Source of the DNA: Promethearchaeota archaeon | GTDB taxonomy: Archaea; Asgardarchaeota; Lokiarchaeia; Sigyniarchaeales; SOKP01 | Reading direction: 5' to 3' | DNA: 41,466 nucleotides | Assembly: GCA_019057865.1 (NCBI GenBank) | Contig: JAHLWP010000038.1 | Span: forward strand, 1 to 41,466 | Shown: one piece after another, positions 29,934-38,809 of the stretch | Layout of the letters: each line of letters begins with the position of its first letter | Position numbering within the stretch: position 1 is the stretch's first letter | Translations under genes and position numbers: made by a program | Notes under the pieces: generated by a model | The model's database searches: none | The model's input: only the letters and a program-made list of their open reading frames with translations | Told to the model about the DNA's origin: nothing

Positions 29934-31535
29934 ATGTCAAAAAAATTGTTTGTATGCCGTGAATGTGGATATGTTTTTCCAGAACAACTATTTCATTTAA
30001 TAGAACAAAATATTCAAGTATATTGTGAAAGATGTGGTTCGCCATTTATTCTAGAAGGAATTGAATTTAAACCAGCACCTGTTCCATATAGGAGAAAAAC
30101 ATTACCTTCTCCATTAAGCATATCACAAAAAGATTCAACTGCACTAAATAAGATAATCCAATTTTTAAACAGAATTGCTTTTATCCCTTTATTTATATTC
30201 ACTATCGTTAGTTTTGGTTTAATTTTTGGAGTAATTTTTGATCCCGATAATTGGTTTGATATTTTTTTCAGACACGCTCTTCAAGGAATTATTGGTCTTT
30301 TCATTTTAATATATGATAGAGCTTATATCTCACCAAAAATAAAAGAAAGAAAATTTAATGTCATATTTATTGATGCCTTCAGTTGGGGAATTTTAGGTTG
30401 TGTACTTTACGGTACAGGCGTAATTGTTCTTATTAAGGGCATATTTATAATGCTCTATGTTATAACTGATCGAGAAAATAAAGACTTTAAAGCTTATAAT
30501 TTTGGATTACTTATTAAAAATTCATTAAATTATTTTTCAGCTAAAGCTGGTTTGTTAATAATTTTATTAGGAATATATGGTGTTTATATTGGTGAATTGT
30601 ATTTAGTATCAAATGCCGCTAGAGTAATAATTATAGAATATCCTGTTTATATAGAACTATCTCCTATGCTATTAGCCTTAATTGTCTTACTAATAATAAC
30701 ATTAATAGCAATTATAATAGACTCTAAGTCAAAGCATAAAATTAAGGAGAAAAGAGAATTTAAAATACGAGATGCAGTTCCTGTAATTATTCGCGGAATA
30801 TTTAGTACAATATTTTTTGCGGCTGGTATTTTTATTCTACTGAAAGGAATACTTCTGTTTTTCCTTACTTTTGGCAAACCTTCTGAAATTAGAAAAGTTA
30901 TTCCTAAAGAAGAAAAACAAGTATATTATTCTCCGCCATATAAACAAATTGAGCCACCAGATAGAGTTATTCCTGAAGAAAAAGAAGTTGAGTTTGAAGA
31001 ACCTTCTAAACCTATTATTAGTCAGCCACTCTCAGCATTTCCGCCCGAGGATAAAGTTTTAAAGATTGAGCAACAAAAAGATGTAACGCTTGAGTTAGGT
31101 AGAATTGAAAAAGAAGATAAGAAAAAATATAAAAAAGAAAAAGAAAGAAAGGAAAAAGAATACGAATTAAAGCTCCATGAATCTCTTTTACCAGTAAAAA
31201 ATGAGAAGGATAAGAAATTAGTACAACACTATTTCTCAAAAATTTTTGCGGTATTATCTAAGGATTTAAGACAACAAATAATTAATTTAAAAATCCCAAA
31301 AAAAGAGAAAAAGGAATTATTAGATGAACTTGTCTTTTTAACGAAGGAAGAACAAGTTAAATACATTGAAGCCTTAGTTAGTTTATATGAAGAAATACCT
31401 CATAAACTAATAGAAAGAATCCGAAAACTCCCTAATGTTAAACCTAAACATTATGATAAAATTGTGACCCAATTGAAATATATGGATGCTAAAGAGCAAA
31501 TAAGGTTCATACAATTTTTAGAGGAAAACGCCTAA
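29934..31535 (+). CDS. Zn-ribbon plus multi-pass membrane protein with soluble C-terminus
   Basis: CRECG...CERCG, several TM helices, charged linker. Confidence 0.75.
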   Translation: MSKKLFVCRECGYVFPEQLFHLIEQNIQVYCERCGSPFILEGIEFKPAPVPYRRKTLPSPLSISQKDSTALNKIIQFLNRIAFIPLFIFTIVSFGLIFGVIFDPDNWFDIFFRHALQGIIGLFILIYDRAYISPKIKERKFNVIFIDAFSWGILGCVLYGTGVIVLIKGIFIMLYVITDRENKDFKAYNFGLLIKNSLNYFSAKAGLLIILLGIYGVYIGELYLVSNAARVIIIEYPVYIELSPMLLALIVLLIITLIAIIIDSKSKHKIKEKREFKIRDAVPVIIRGIFSTIFFAAGIFILLKGILLFFLTFGKPSEIRKVIPKEEKQVYYSPPYKQIEPPDRVIPEEKEVEFEEPSKPIISQPLSAFPPEDKVLKIEQQKDVTLELGRIEKEDKKKYKKEKERKEKEYELKLHESLLPVKNEKDKKLVQHYFSKIFAVLSKDLRQQIINLKIPKKEKKELLDELVFLTKEEQVKYIEALVSLYEEIPHKLIERIRKLPNVKPKHYDKIVTQLKYMDAKEQIRFIQFLEENA

Positions 31536-31537
31536 AA

Positions 31538-32422
31538 ATGTCGCTTGAGAAAAGAAGAGAAACCAATGGAATTAATAAAGAGGAATTATTAGAGGAAAGT
31601 CCATTTAGGCGCTCAGATTTTTCTCCTCTTGAATTAAAAGAGGAAAAAGAAATATTAAAAGCACCAATTTCAGAAGATTTAACGGAAATTGAAAAAGATA
31701 TATTAGAAATTGCAAAGGAAATATTAAAATTAAAACGTTATGCTGCTGAATTTGAGATCGAGTCAGAAACTCAAATACAAAAGTATCCAATAATTGAGAA
31801 ATTATATGCAAAAAGTATTGCAAAGCTTTCTTATAAGAAGGGATATAGTAAAGAAGAAATCTTTCTTGCAATTCGAAGTTTAGAAGAAAAGAATTGGATA
31901 GTTACAAACGAAAGAAGGACGAAATTAGAAATTTTAAACAACAAAAAATTAATGAATATTTTAAAATATATTGAAGACCATCCAGGGATTCATGCGAGAA
32001 ATGAGAGAATTCAAAAAGAGTTAAAAATCACACGAACACCATTTTTAAAACATGTTATGACTTTAGAAAGATTTAAACTTATTAGATCAAAAAGAATTGG
32101 TAAAACTCTTCATTACTTTTTAAAAGATCTCTCAGAAGATCATGATAAATATAAAATAATCTTTTTAAATCCAATGATTCCTAAAATTATTGAGGAATTC
32201 TTTAAAGATGAGTCTATAACAATTTCTGCGATTGGAGAAGCGCTTGATATTTATTCAGGTACAATTCAATATCATATTAACAAATTAAAAGAATTAGACC
32301 TTGTAAAAACCGCCAAAAACCAATCAGGCAAAAGAATTCATTTAGTAAATATCGAAATATTAAAGAAATATAACAAGTTTTTTAAAGAACCTGATTTTTC
32401 TAGATTATTACGAGGGCTTTAA
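31538..32422 (+). CDS. Multi winged-helix (ArsR-like) transcriptional regulator
   Basis: ILKYIEDHPGIH, and ISAIGEALDIYSGTIQYHINKLKELDLV. Confidence 0.8.
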   Translation: MSLEKRRETNGINKEELLEESPFRRSDFSPLELKEEKEILKAPISEDLTEIEKDILEIAKEILKLKRYAAEFEIESETQIQKYPIIEKLYAKSIAKLSYKKGYSKEEIFLAIRSLEEKNWIVTNERRTKLEILNNKKLMNILKYIEDHPGIHARNERIQKELKITRTPFLKHVMTLERFKLIRSKRIGKTLHYFLKDLSEDHDKYKIIFLNPMIPKIIEEFFKDESITISAIGEALDIYSGTIQYHINKLKELDLVKTAKNQSGKRIHLVNIEILKKYNKFFKEPDFSRLLRGL

Positions 32423-33289
32423 TTAAATAAGTTGTTTAACTTTGGGTAATACCTTAGTTAATAATTCTATTGCATTATCTATCCCATTTTCCATATCAGG
32501 ATGAATCTCATTTGAATTAAGTAAATCGTATTTCGGATGTCCGGGTAAGTCTGATACAGAAAGGATTGACACTGTTTTAAGATTAAACAATATCCCTAAT
32601 AAGAATAATATAGAAGATTCCATGTCTATTCCCTGTACGTTTATTGATTTCAACGCTCTCAAAAATTCTAAAGTTTCGCAAAATAAAGCATCAGTGGTCC
32701 ATAATTTCACATTTCCTTTAACTCTATCAGGTAAAAAGGAAACTCCTTTAGTTAAACATAAATCTTTTAATATCTCATTGGGTTTAGATATGAATATAGT
32801 ATGATTTCCAGCAATAATGTTTTGAAATCTAGCTAAAGGATTCGAAATAGAATCTAATTGATTTGCCAACCAAGGATTCGCTCTAATATAATTCGAACAC
32901 GTTCCATCATCACAATAAGCTAATTTTGGGATTAGTATGTCCCCTATATTGATTGATTCAATCCCTCCGCAAAAATCAATTCTTATTATTACCTTTGTTT
33001 TGCAACGTTTTAAACATTCCATTGTCAAAGCACAATTAGGAGCTCCAACTAAGGAACGAATTACACTAACTCTTATATCATTTATAGTACCATTATAAAC
33101 TCTACCGTAATTCCTTTTATTTTGAAGTTTACTTAATATTTTTTTCATTACTAATTTTACTGCAGGAAGTATAACAATCTCATTTATATTAGATGGACTA
33201 GTTTCTAATAACATCCTAACTATCTTTTCATCTACGCTGATAAACTTTAGTCCGAGATTTAATAATTCACTTTTTATTCTATTTAGCAT
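32423..33289 (-). CDS. Nucleoside phosphorylase (PNP/UDP family)
   Basis: VGAP, IIRIDFCGG, GDILI, DDGT, WTTDALFCET, IDMESS, VSD. Confidence 0.82.
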   Translation of the reverse strand: MLNRIKSELLNLGLKFISVDEKIVRMLLETSPSNINEIVILPAVKLVMKKILSKLQNKRNYGRVYNGTINDIRVSVIRSLVGAPNCALTMECLKRCKTKVIIRIDFCGGIESINIGDILIPKLAYCDDGTCSNYIRANPWLANQLDSISNPLARFQNIIAGNHTIFISKPNEILKDLCLTKGVSFLPDRVKGNVKLWTTDALFCETLEFLRALKSINVQGIDMESSILFLLGILFNLKTVSILSVSDLPGHPKYDLLNSNEIHPDMENGIDNAIELLTKVLPKVKQLI

Positions 33290-33598
33290 TTTAAATTAGT
33301 TTATTAATTGTTAAATATGAATAAACTTATCCCGGATCATATTTAAAATTAATATTAATTTTCTCAATATTAAAACTTCATGTTGAATTCAACTATAAGT
33401 TGCTCGACATGGAAAAATCATTTTTATTAAACTTTTAGCCAGTAAATAAAAAGATTTCAAATCTTTTTGGTTATAATTTAAAAGTACTCTCCTAATTACT
33501 AACAAACTTATAATTTGTAAGAAATTAAATTTAATATGTTGGTATAATAGATATATTTATTATAGCTAATGAGAAATTAGAATTCAAAGGATACTCAA

Positions 33599-34891
33599 AT
33601 GAAAAATCATTTTATCATTGATAACAAAATAACAAATGAATTTGTTGAGAAATACACAAAAACAACATATAGAATTATAGGTAAAAATAAACATTCTCTC
33701 ATCAAACCATGTCATTGGTTAGAACAGAGACTGATGACAGGAAGAGATAATAGAAACTGTTATAAAGGAGTTTTCGGTATAAAAAGTCATAGATGTTTAC
33801 AAAATACACCTTCTCTACCTTTTTGTAATCATCAATGTGTATTTTGTTGGAGAGATATAGAAATTGGCTCTCTTGGAGCGGATTTCGTTGTTGAGCCAGA
33901 TGAGCCAAAATTTTTAATTGATGAAATGATACGCCACCAGCAAGATATTATAAAAAATCATTTACCGTTAAGACGTTATTTGGATAATTATGAGATAATG
34001 ATTGATATTCTTTATTATATGCTTCTTAATTCATCTGAAAAACATAATGTAAATTTACTCTCAAATAAAATTCGTGTATCCAAAAATAAAATAGAACGTG
34101 CGATCAATTTACTAAAAAACCAAGAATATGTTAAACCTAAAGATCAATCACAGCTATATTTTGAACTTGACAATGACTTCAAATGTTGTATTGAATCAAG
34201 AGATGAAATTGAATTACTGATCAGCAGAGAACTAACAACTCCAGATGAAATCATGCAAACACATAGTGAAGCGATGTCTCCGAACCATGCTGCAATTTCT
34301 TTAGATGGAGAACCATTATTATATCCACGAATTTCCGAATTTGTCCATGAATTTAAGAAACTTAATATGACTACTTTTATTGTAACGAATGGTACATTAC
34401 CAGAAAAGATAGGAGAATTAGATCCATTACCTAGTCAATTATATATAACATTACCAGCCCCAAATGAGGAAATATATAAAAAGACTTGCCGTCCAATGAT
34501 TAAAAATGGCTGGAAAAAAATTAATGAAAGCTTAAATTTAATTGAATCACTAGCTTGTAGAACATTGGTGAGATTAACTGCTGTAAAAGATCTTAATTTC
34601 AAGGACCAATATATTAAAGAATATATTAAAATTATTGAAAAAGCGAACCCAAACTTTTTTGAAATTAAAGGATTTACTTTACAAGCTAAAGCATTATTAA
34701 TAAAAGAGCGATTAAAAAGTGATAAACCCCTTCAATCTTATTTTCCAGAATACAATTATTTGGAAGAGATTGCATTAAAATTTGAAGAATTAAGCGGATT
34801 CCCTCTTATCTATAAAAACAAAGCAAGTAGAGATTTTTTATTCGCAATAAACTGGGATAAAGATAAAGATCCAAAAATAATTAATCCTTAA
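33599..34891 (+). CDS. taw1: tRNA wyosine synthesis radical SAM enzyme Taw1/TYW1 with an internal insertion
   Basis: HSLIKPCHW, CYK, SHRCLQ, CNHQCVFCWR, HAAISLDGEP, TFIVTNG. Confidence 0.9.
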   Translation: MKNHFIIDNKITNEFVEKYTKTTYRIIGKNKHSLIKPCHWLEQRLMTGRDNRNCYKGVFGIKSHRCLQNTPSLPFCNHQCVFCWRDIEIGSLGADFVVEPDEPKFLIDEMIRHQQDIIKNHLPLRRYLDNYEIMIDILYYMLLNSSEKHNVNLLSNKIRVSKNKIERAINLLKNQEYVKPKDQSQLYFELDNDFKCCIESRDEIELLISRELTTPDEIMQTHSEAMSPNHAAISLDGEPLLYPRISEFVHEFKKLNMTTFIVTNGTLPEKIGELDPLPSQLYITLPAPNEEIYKKTCRPMIKNGWKKINESLNLIESLACRTLVRLTAVKDLNFKDQYIKEYIKIIEKANPNFFEIKGFTLQAKALLIKERLKSDKPLQSYFPEYNYLEEIALKFEELSGFPLIYKNKASRDFLFAINWDKDKDPKIINP

Positions 34892-34904
34892 TCTATTATG
34901 CTTA

Positions 34905-35000
34905 ATGAGCTCGATATGGGAAGATAAAGTAAATATAGATAAGTTTGGAGAAGCTTACAGGGAATATATGAAAAGAGTGAAGCTCTGGGGAATTTTTTAA
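34905..35000 (+). pseudogene. C-terminal remnant of an ICMT/PEMT-family methyltransferase
   Basis: WEDKVNIDKFGEAYREYMKRVKLW matches the family's E..L...FG..Y..Y...V C-terminal signature. Confidence 0.55.
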
Positions 35001-35638
35001 AACATTTTATATAAAAATTTTAAAATTATTTCTTTTAATTTTTCAATATTTATCTTTTGTAAAGCTGAAAATTCTAGATATGGAATTTCTGCTTTGTTAT
35101 GGAATTCATGGTCATCTAAATGAACTAAATTTAATTTATATATCTCTGCTGATTCAATAAATAATTTAATACTTTTAGATTTATCAAGATTAGATACTTT
35201 GTCTATTTTATTAAAAATTAATAAAATGGGTATATCAAATTCTCGTAAAAATTTTATCAATTCAAAACTTAAGGGTACAGTTTCTTGATTATGAATAAAA
35301 TACTTTTCAATCTCGTCTTTAATTCTTAAAATATTAATAACTACCAAGCCGAAAAAATAATCTTGATGATGTTTCTCAATATGTATAACAATTTGCTTCT
35401 TAATATGCTCTTCTCGTCTATGACTAACCCGTCTAATATATCCAAAACCAGGAAGGTCTACTATTTTATAAGACAAATCAGTTTGGGTAATAGGTTTTAT
35501 TAATAAGGTACTTCCAGGACGCTTTCCTATCTTACCTTTAAACTTTCGTGGATTTGGAAGTAAAAGTCTTGTTATTGAACTTTTTCCTACATTAGAATTT
35601 CCAATAATTGCCAATAAGGGTTTTTCATTCATGCTCAA
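34997..35638 (-). CDS. engB: EngB/YihA-like GTP-binding protein
   Basis: GNSNVGKSS, PGST, VDLPGFG, NKID, SA. Confidence 0.82.
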   Translation of the reverse strand: MSMNEKPLLAIIGNSNVGKSSITRLLLPNPRKFKGKIGKRPGSTLLIKPITQTDLSYKIVDLPGFGYIRRVSHRREEHIKKQIVIHIEKHHQDYFFGLVVINILRIKDEIEKYFIHNQETVPLSFELIKFLREFDIPILLIFNKIDKVSNLDKSKSIKLFIESAEIYKLNLVHLDDHEFHNKAEIPYLEFSALQKINIEKLKEIILKFLYKMF

Positions 35639-35661
35639 ATAATTATTTACATAAAATCCTA

Positions 35662-36540
35662 CTAAAAATCGAGAAAATCATCTTTAAGAAATTCTTTAAA
35701 CATTTTTTTCTTTTCTTCCTCTTTAATAACAGGTCTAGTGCTTATTGGTTCACCAGCTTCCTCTAACAGTTGTGTTAATTCTTTTATATTCACATTAACT
35801 TTAAATTTACTATCTCTTAGAAAACGTATTACTTTTTTATTATTTAATGATAATCTTAAAAGATAACCTAAACCAAAATAAAATTGATGTTCTGGGATGG
35901 GATCAATTGGAGATTTACTTGTTACTTCTTTTAATACATCATAAAGTAATCCCTTTGAAGCAATATAATCTTCTACATTAAAAACTAAATAATATAAAGC
36001 ATGATACCAAATCTTTTCTCGTTTTTCTTTAAGATAGTTAAGAAGTTTTTCGGGAGTTACAATTTCCACTTTTTCTAATTCTTTTCTTTTTGCTAATTCT
36101 TCCTTAATTCTTTGCTCTAATTCTGTGGGAAGAGTATGAGGTTTAAATTCTGTTTCTGCTTCAGATGGAACCAGTTCCTCCTGTTTAACACTCTCTATAG
36201 CTTCTTTCATATCCCTTAATTCATCCATATCAATTTCATCCATATCAGAAAAATCTGAAAGCATGCTTTCTTTCATTCCCTTTTCTTGTTCTATTTCAGT
36301 TATAATTTCTGAGTCGTCTGTTATTTCAGATATTTTATCATTTGTTAATTCCTCCATCTCTTTTACTTTTGCTATTGCATCTTGCATTTCTTGAAGTTCT
36401 TCTATATCTAAATCATCCAAATCTGAAAAATCAGATTTTAGTGTTTCCATTTCGCTTAAATAAGCTTGTAGGTCGTCTCCTTCTCCTTTTTCCTCTTTCT
36501 CATTTATAGATTCATGTCTTTCTTCTTGATTTTCATTCAT
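35662..36540 (-). CDS. Hypothetical protein, acidic repeat N-terminus plus globular C-terminal domain
   Basis: 292-aa ORF with a duplicated SDFSD..D..EL..M..AI..VK motif. Confidence 0.75.
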   Translation of the reverse strand: MNENQEERHESINEKEEKGEGDDLQAYLSEMETLKSDFSDLDDLDIEELQEMQDAIAKVKEMEELTNDKISEITDDSEIITEIEQEKGMKESMLSDFSDMDEIDMDELRDMKEAIESVKQEELVPSEAETEFKPHTLPTELEQRIKEELAKRKELEKVEIVTPEKLLNYLKEKREKIWYHALYYLVFNVEDYIASKGLLYDVLKEVTSKSPIDPIPEHQFYFGLGYLLRLSLNNKKVIRFLRDSKFKVNVNIKELTQLLEEAGEPISTRPVIKEEEKKKMFKEFLKDDFLDF

Positions 36541-36768
36541 AATATCTTCTATTTAGTTAGTAGGCATTTTATTCAATTTTTTCTATATTAATATTAGTTC
36601 TTTAATTCTTTAAATATTAATATTCGTATAATTAAAATTAGAAAACGTTAACTTTATTATGAAAAAAAAGAAAATCTTGGAGAAAATATTAAAGTCTATA
36701 AGAAAAAACTTAAAAATCGTAAAATTAAAAAATCTTCCTAACTACTTAATATATGGTGAAAATTTAAA

Positions 36769-37476
36769 TTGATTTCTTATTCTGGTTTGCTTGATGGATT
36801 ATCAGCAACAGGTGTTATTATATCTTCCTGTGTTTTTGGATCACTATTTTTTTACAAATCATTAAAATTAAAGGCAAAGTTACTTACTATTGCAGGTATA
36901 ATGACATTTTTTGCAGGTCTTTTTTATTTAGGTCCATTTTCTGACTTTATGTCTATTTTATTGACTGGAGATAATTTGGAAAACCCTGTAACAATTGGTA
37001 TATATGGAAGATTAAGCTATATGTGGGTTGCTCCAAGTCTTATATGCGCTATGTATATTGGGGCGGAACTCATTAAACCCGATAAAAAATGGTTTATTGT
37101 ATCAATCTATATTATTTTGGGGATAATTTTTGAGTTATTTCTATTTTTTAATACGATGCATTCTTTTACTTTTATATTGAAAAATCCTGGAGAAGACCTA
37201 ATTGATGCTAGTTTTGTTTTTGGACATCCCACATTCCTACTTATTGCTATTTTTTTACTTTCCATTCTAATCTTTAATGGATTTGGGTTTTTGTATAAGA
37301 GTTTTCAATCAACAGGAATGTTAAAACGCAAATTTTTATTTTTATCATTAGGATTCTTAACTTTTGTAATAGGTGGAACAGGTGATTCATTAATTAGTCC
37401 AGGGGTAACTTTGGTTTTTGTAAGATTCTTAATGGTTATTAGCTCATGGGTTTTGTATTTAGGCTTTAAGAAATAA
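36769..37476 (+). CDS. Multi-pass (about 7 TM) membrane protein
   Basis: Seven hydrophobic segments; GGTGA SD before TTG. Confidence 0.75.
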   Translation: MISYSGLLDGLSATGVIISSCVFGSLFFYKSLKLKAKLLTIAGIMTFFAGLFYLGPFSDFMSILLTGDNLENPVTIGIYGRLSYMWVAPSLICAMYIGAELIKPDKKWFIVSIYIILGIIFELFLFFNTMHSFTFILKNPGEDLIDASFVFGHPTFLLIAIFLLSILIFNGFGFLYKSFQSTGMLKRKFLFLSLGFLTFVIGGTGDSLISPGVTLVFVRFLMVISSWVLYLGFKK

Positions 37477-37621
37477 AGAGTTGTAAGGAATTAATAAAAA
37501 AAGTAAAGATCTTAAGTAAATCTCTTTTAAATCATCTTACTTTCTTATTTTAATATATTTTAAATCGTGTAATTTAAAGTTAATAACTTTATATAAAAAA
37601 AAATAAAAATTTAAAGCTTAT

Positions 37622-38038
37622 TTAACTATTTCTTTCTCGTGTTTTTGACTTATCAATAAATAAGTTTATGTATTCATCTTCAAATTTTATATGTTAATAT
37701 TTAATATTTAATAATTCACCCTTTCTTAATGCCCCCTCATATAAAACCATTAATAATGTTCGCATTTTTGAATTACAATGCTTTAAAATTTGCTTTAATT
37801 CAATTCTATTAATTAATTCGTTTTTATTCAATTCCTTAATGGCACTGTTATATTGTTCTGGATGACATAATTTTGCTAGCTCATTTTTACCTGAAAAATC
37901 AAAAGATTTTTGTAAATGTATTAATTGTAGTTTTTGCGAATCTCCTGCTAAGCTATTAAACCAGCTACTTTGTAGAATTTTAAAAAAATCTTTTTTAACG
38001 TTTTCAAATTTTAGTATAATTAAAATTACTCTAAACAT
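37622..38038 (-). pseudogene. Tyrosine integrase remnant related to 1763-3046
   Basis: RTLLMVLYEGALRKGELLNIKY*HIKFEDEYINLFIDKSKTRERN; internal TAA and no HxxR/Y region. Confidence 0.8.
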
Positions 38039-38052
38039 TAATTCACTTTAAG

Positions 38053-38760
38053 ATGGATAAATTAAATTTAGAACACTATAAAGGAATCATCTTTGACCTA
38101 GATGGAGTCATTTACGATATTACAGATGCAATCACTAAAGCTGTCGATGATGGAATAGAAAAATATCAATTAAAGGTTAACCGTGATGCTGTCATGGAAG
38201 AAATTGCCCATTTAATCGAAGAAATCCAAAATTATCCCGTCCCTAAAATACTATTAAATTCTTACGAGTTACTTAAAATAAACTCTTTGGAAGGACTCAG
38301 TTTCTTCAAAAAATTACGTATAGCTATTTTTTTATTTAACCAGTTTAATAAATATAGAGAAGAAGCAACCATATTTAATGGTATAGATGATTTAATTTCA
38401 AAATTATCAAAAAGTTTAAAATTAGCCATATTAACCAATAATAAAAGTCAATATGCTGAAGAAGTATTAGAGAAATTTAATTTAACTAGATATTTTGGAA
38501 CTATAATTGGATTTAACGAAGTATCAGAAGTTAAACCTAGTCCTGAAGGAATTCTCAAGATTCTTGAAAAATGGAAGATTAAATCCTCAGAAGCTATTTT
38601 CATAGGGGATATGACAACTGATATTGAAGCAGGTAAAAATGCTAATGTTAAAATGATATGTGTTGCTAGTGGGCTAGCTCAAAAAGAAAATTTAAAGGAG
38701 CATAATCCAGATTACCTTATTGATAATACAGCTGAACTAAAACAGCTTTTTAATTTATAA
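38053..38760 (+). CDS. HAD-family phosphatase (phosphoglycolate phosphatase-like)
   Basis: FDLDGV, LTN, KPSP, IGDMTTD. Confidence 0.9.
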   Translation: MDKLNLEHYKGIIFDLDGVIYDITDAITKAVDDGIEKYQLKVNRDAVMEEIAHLIEEIQNYPVPKILLNSYELLKINSLEGLSFFKKLRIAIFLFNQFNKYREEATIFNGIDDLISKLSKSLKLAILTNNKSQYAEEVLEKFNLTRYFGTIIGFNEVSEVKPSPEGILKILEKWKIKSSEAIFIGDMTTDIEAGKNANVKMICVASGLAQKENLKEHNPDYLIDNTAELKQLFNL

Positions 38761-38809
38761 TTTTTAAAAAAAATCTTTAAAATAGTAGGAGTAGAATTTT
38801 TAAAAAATT

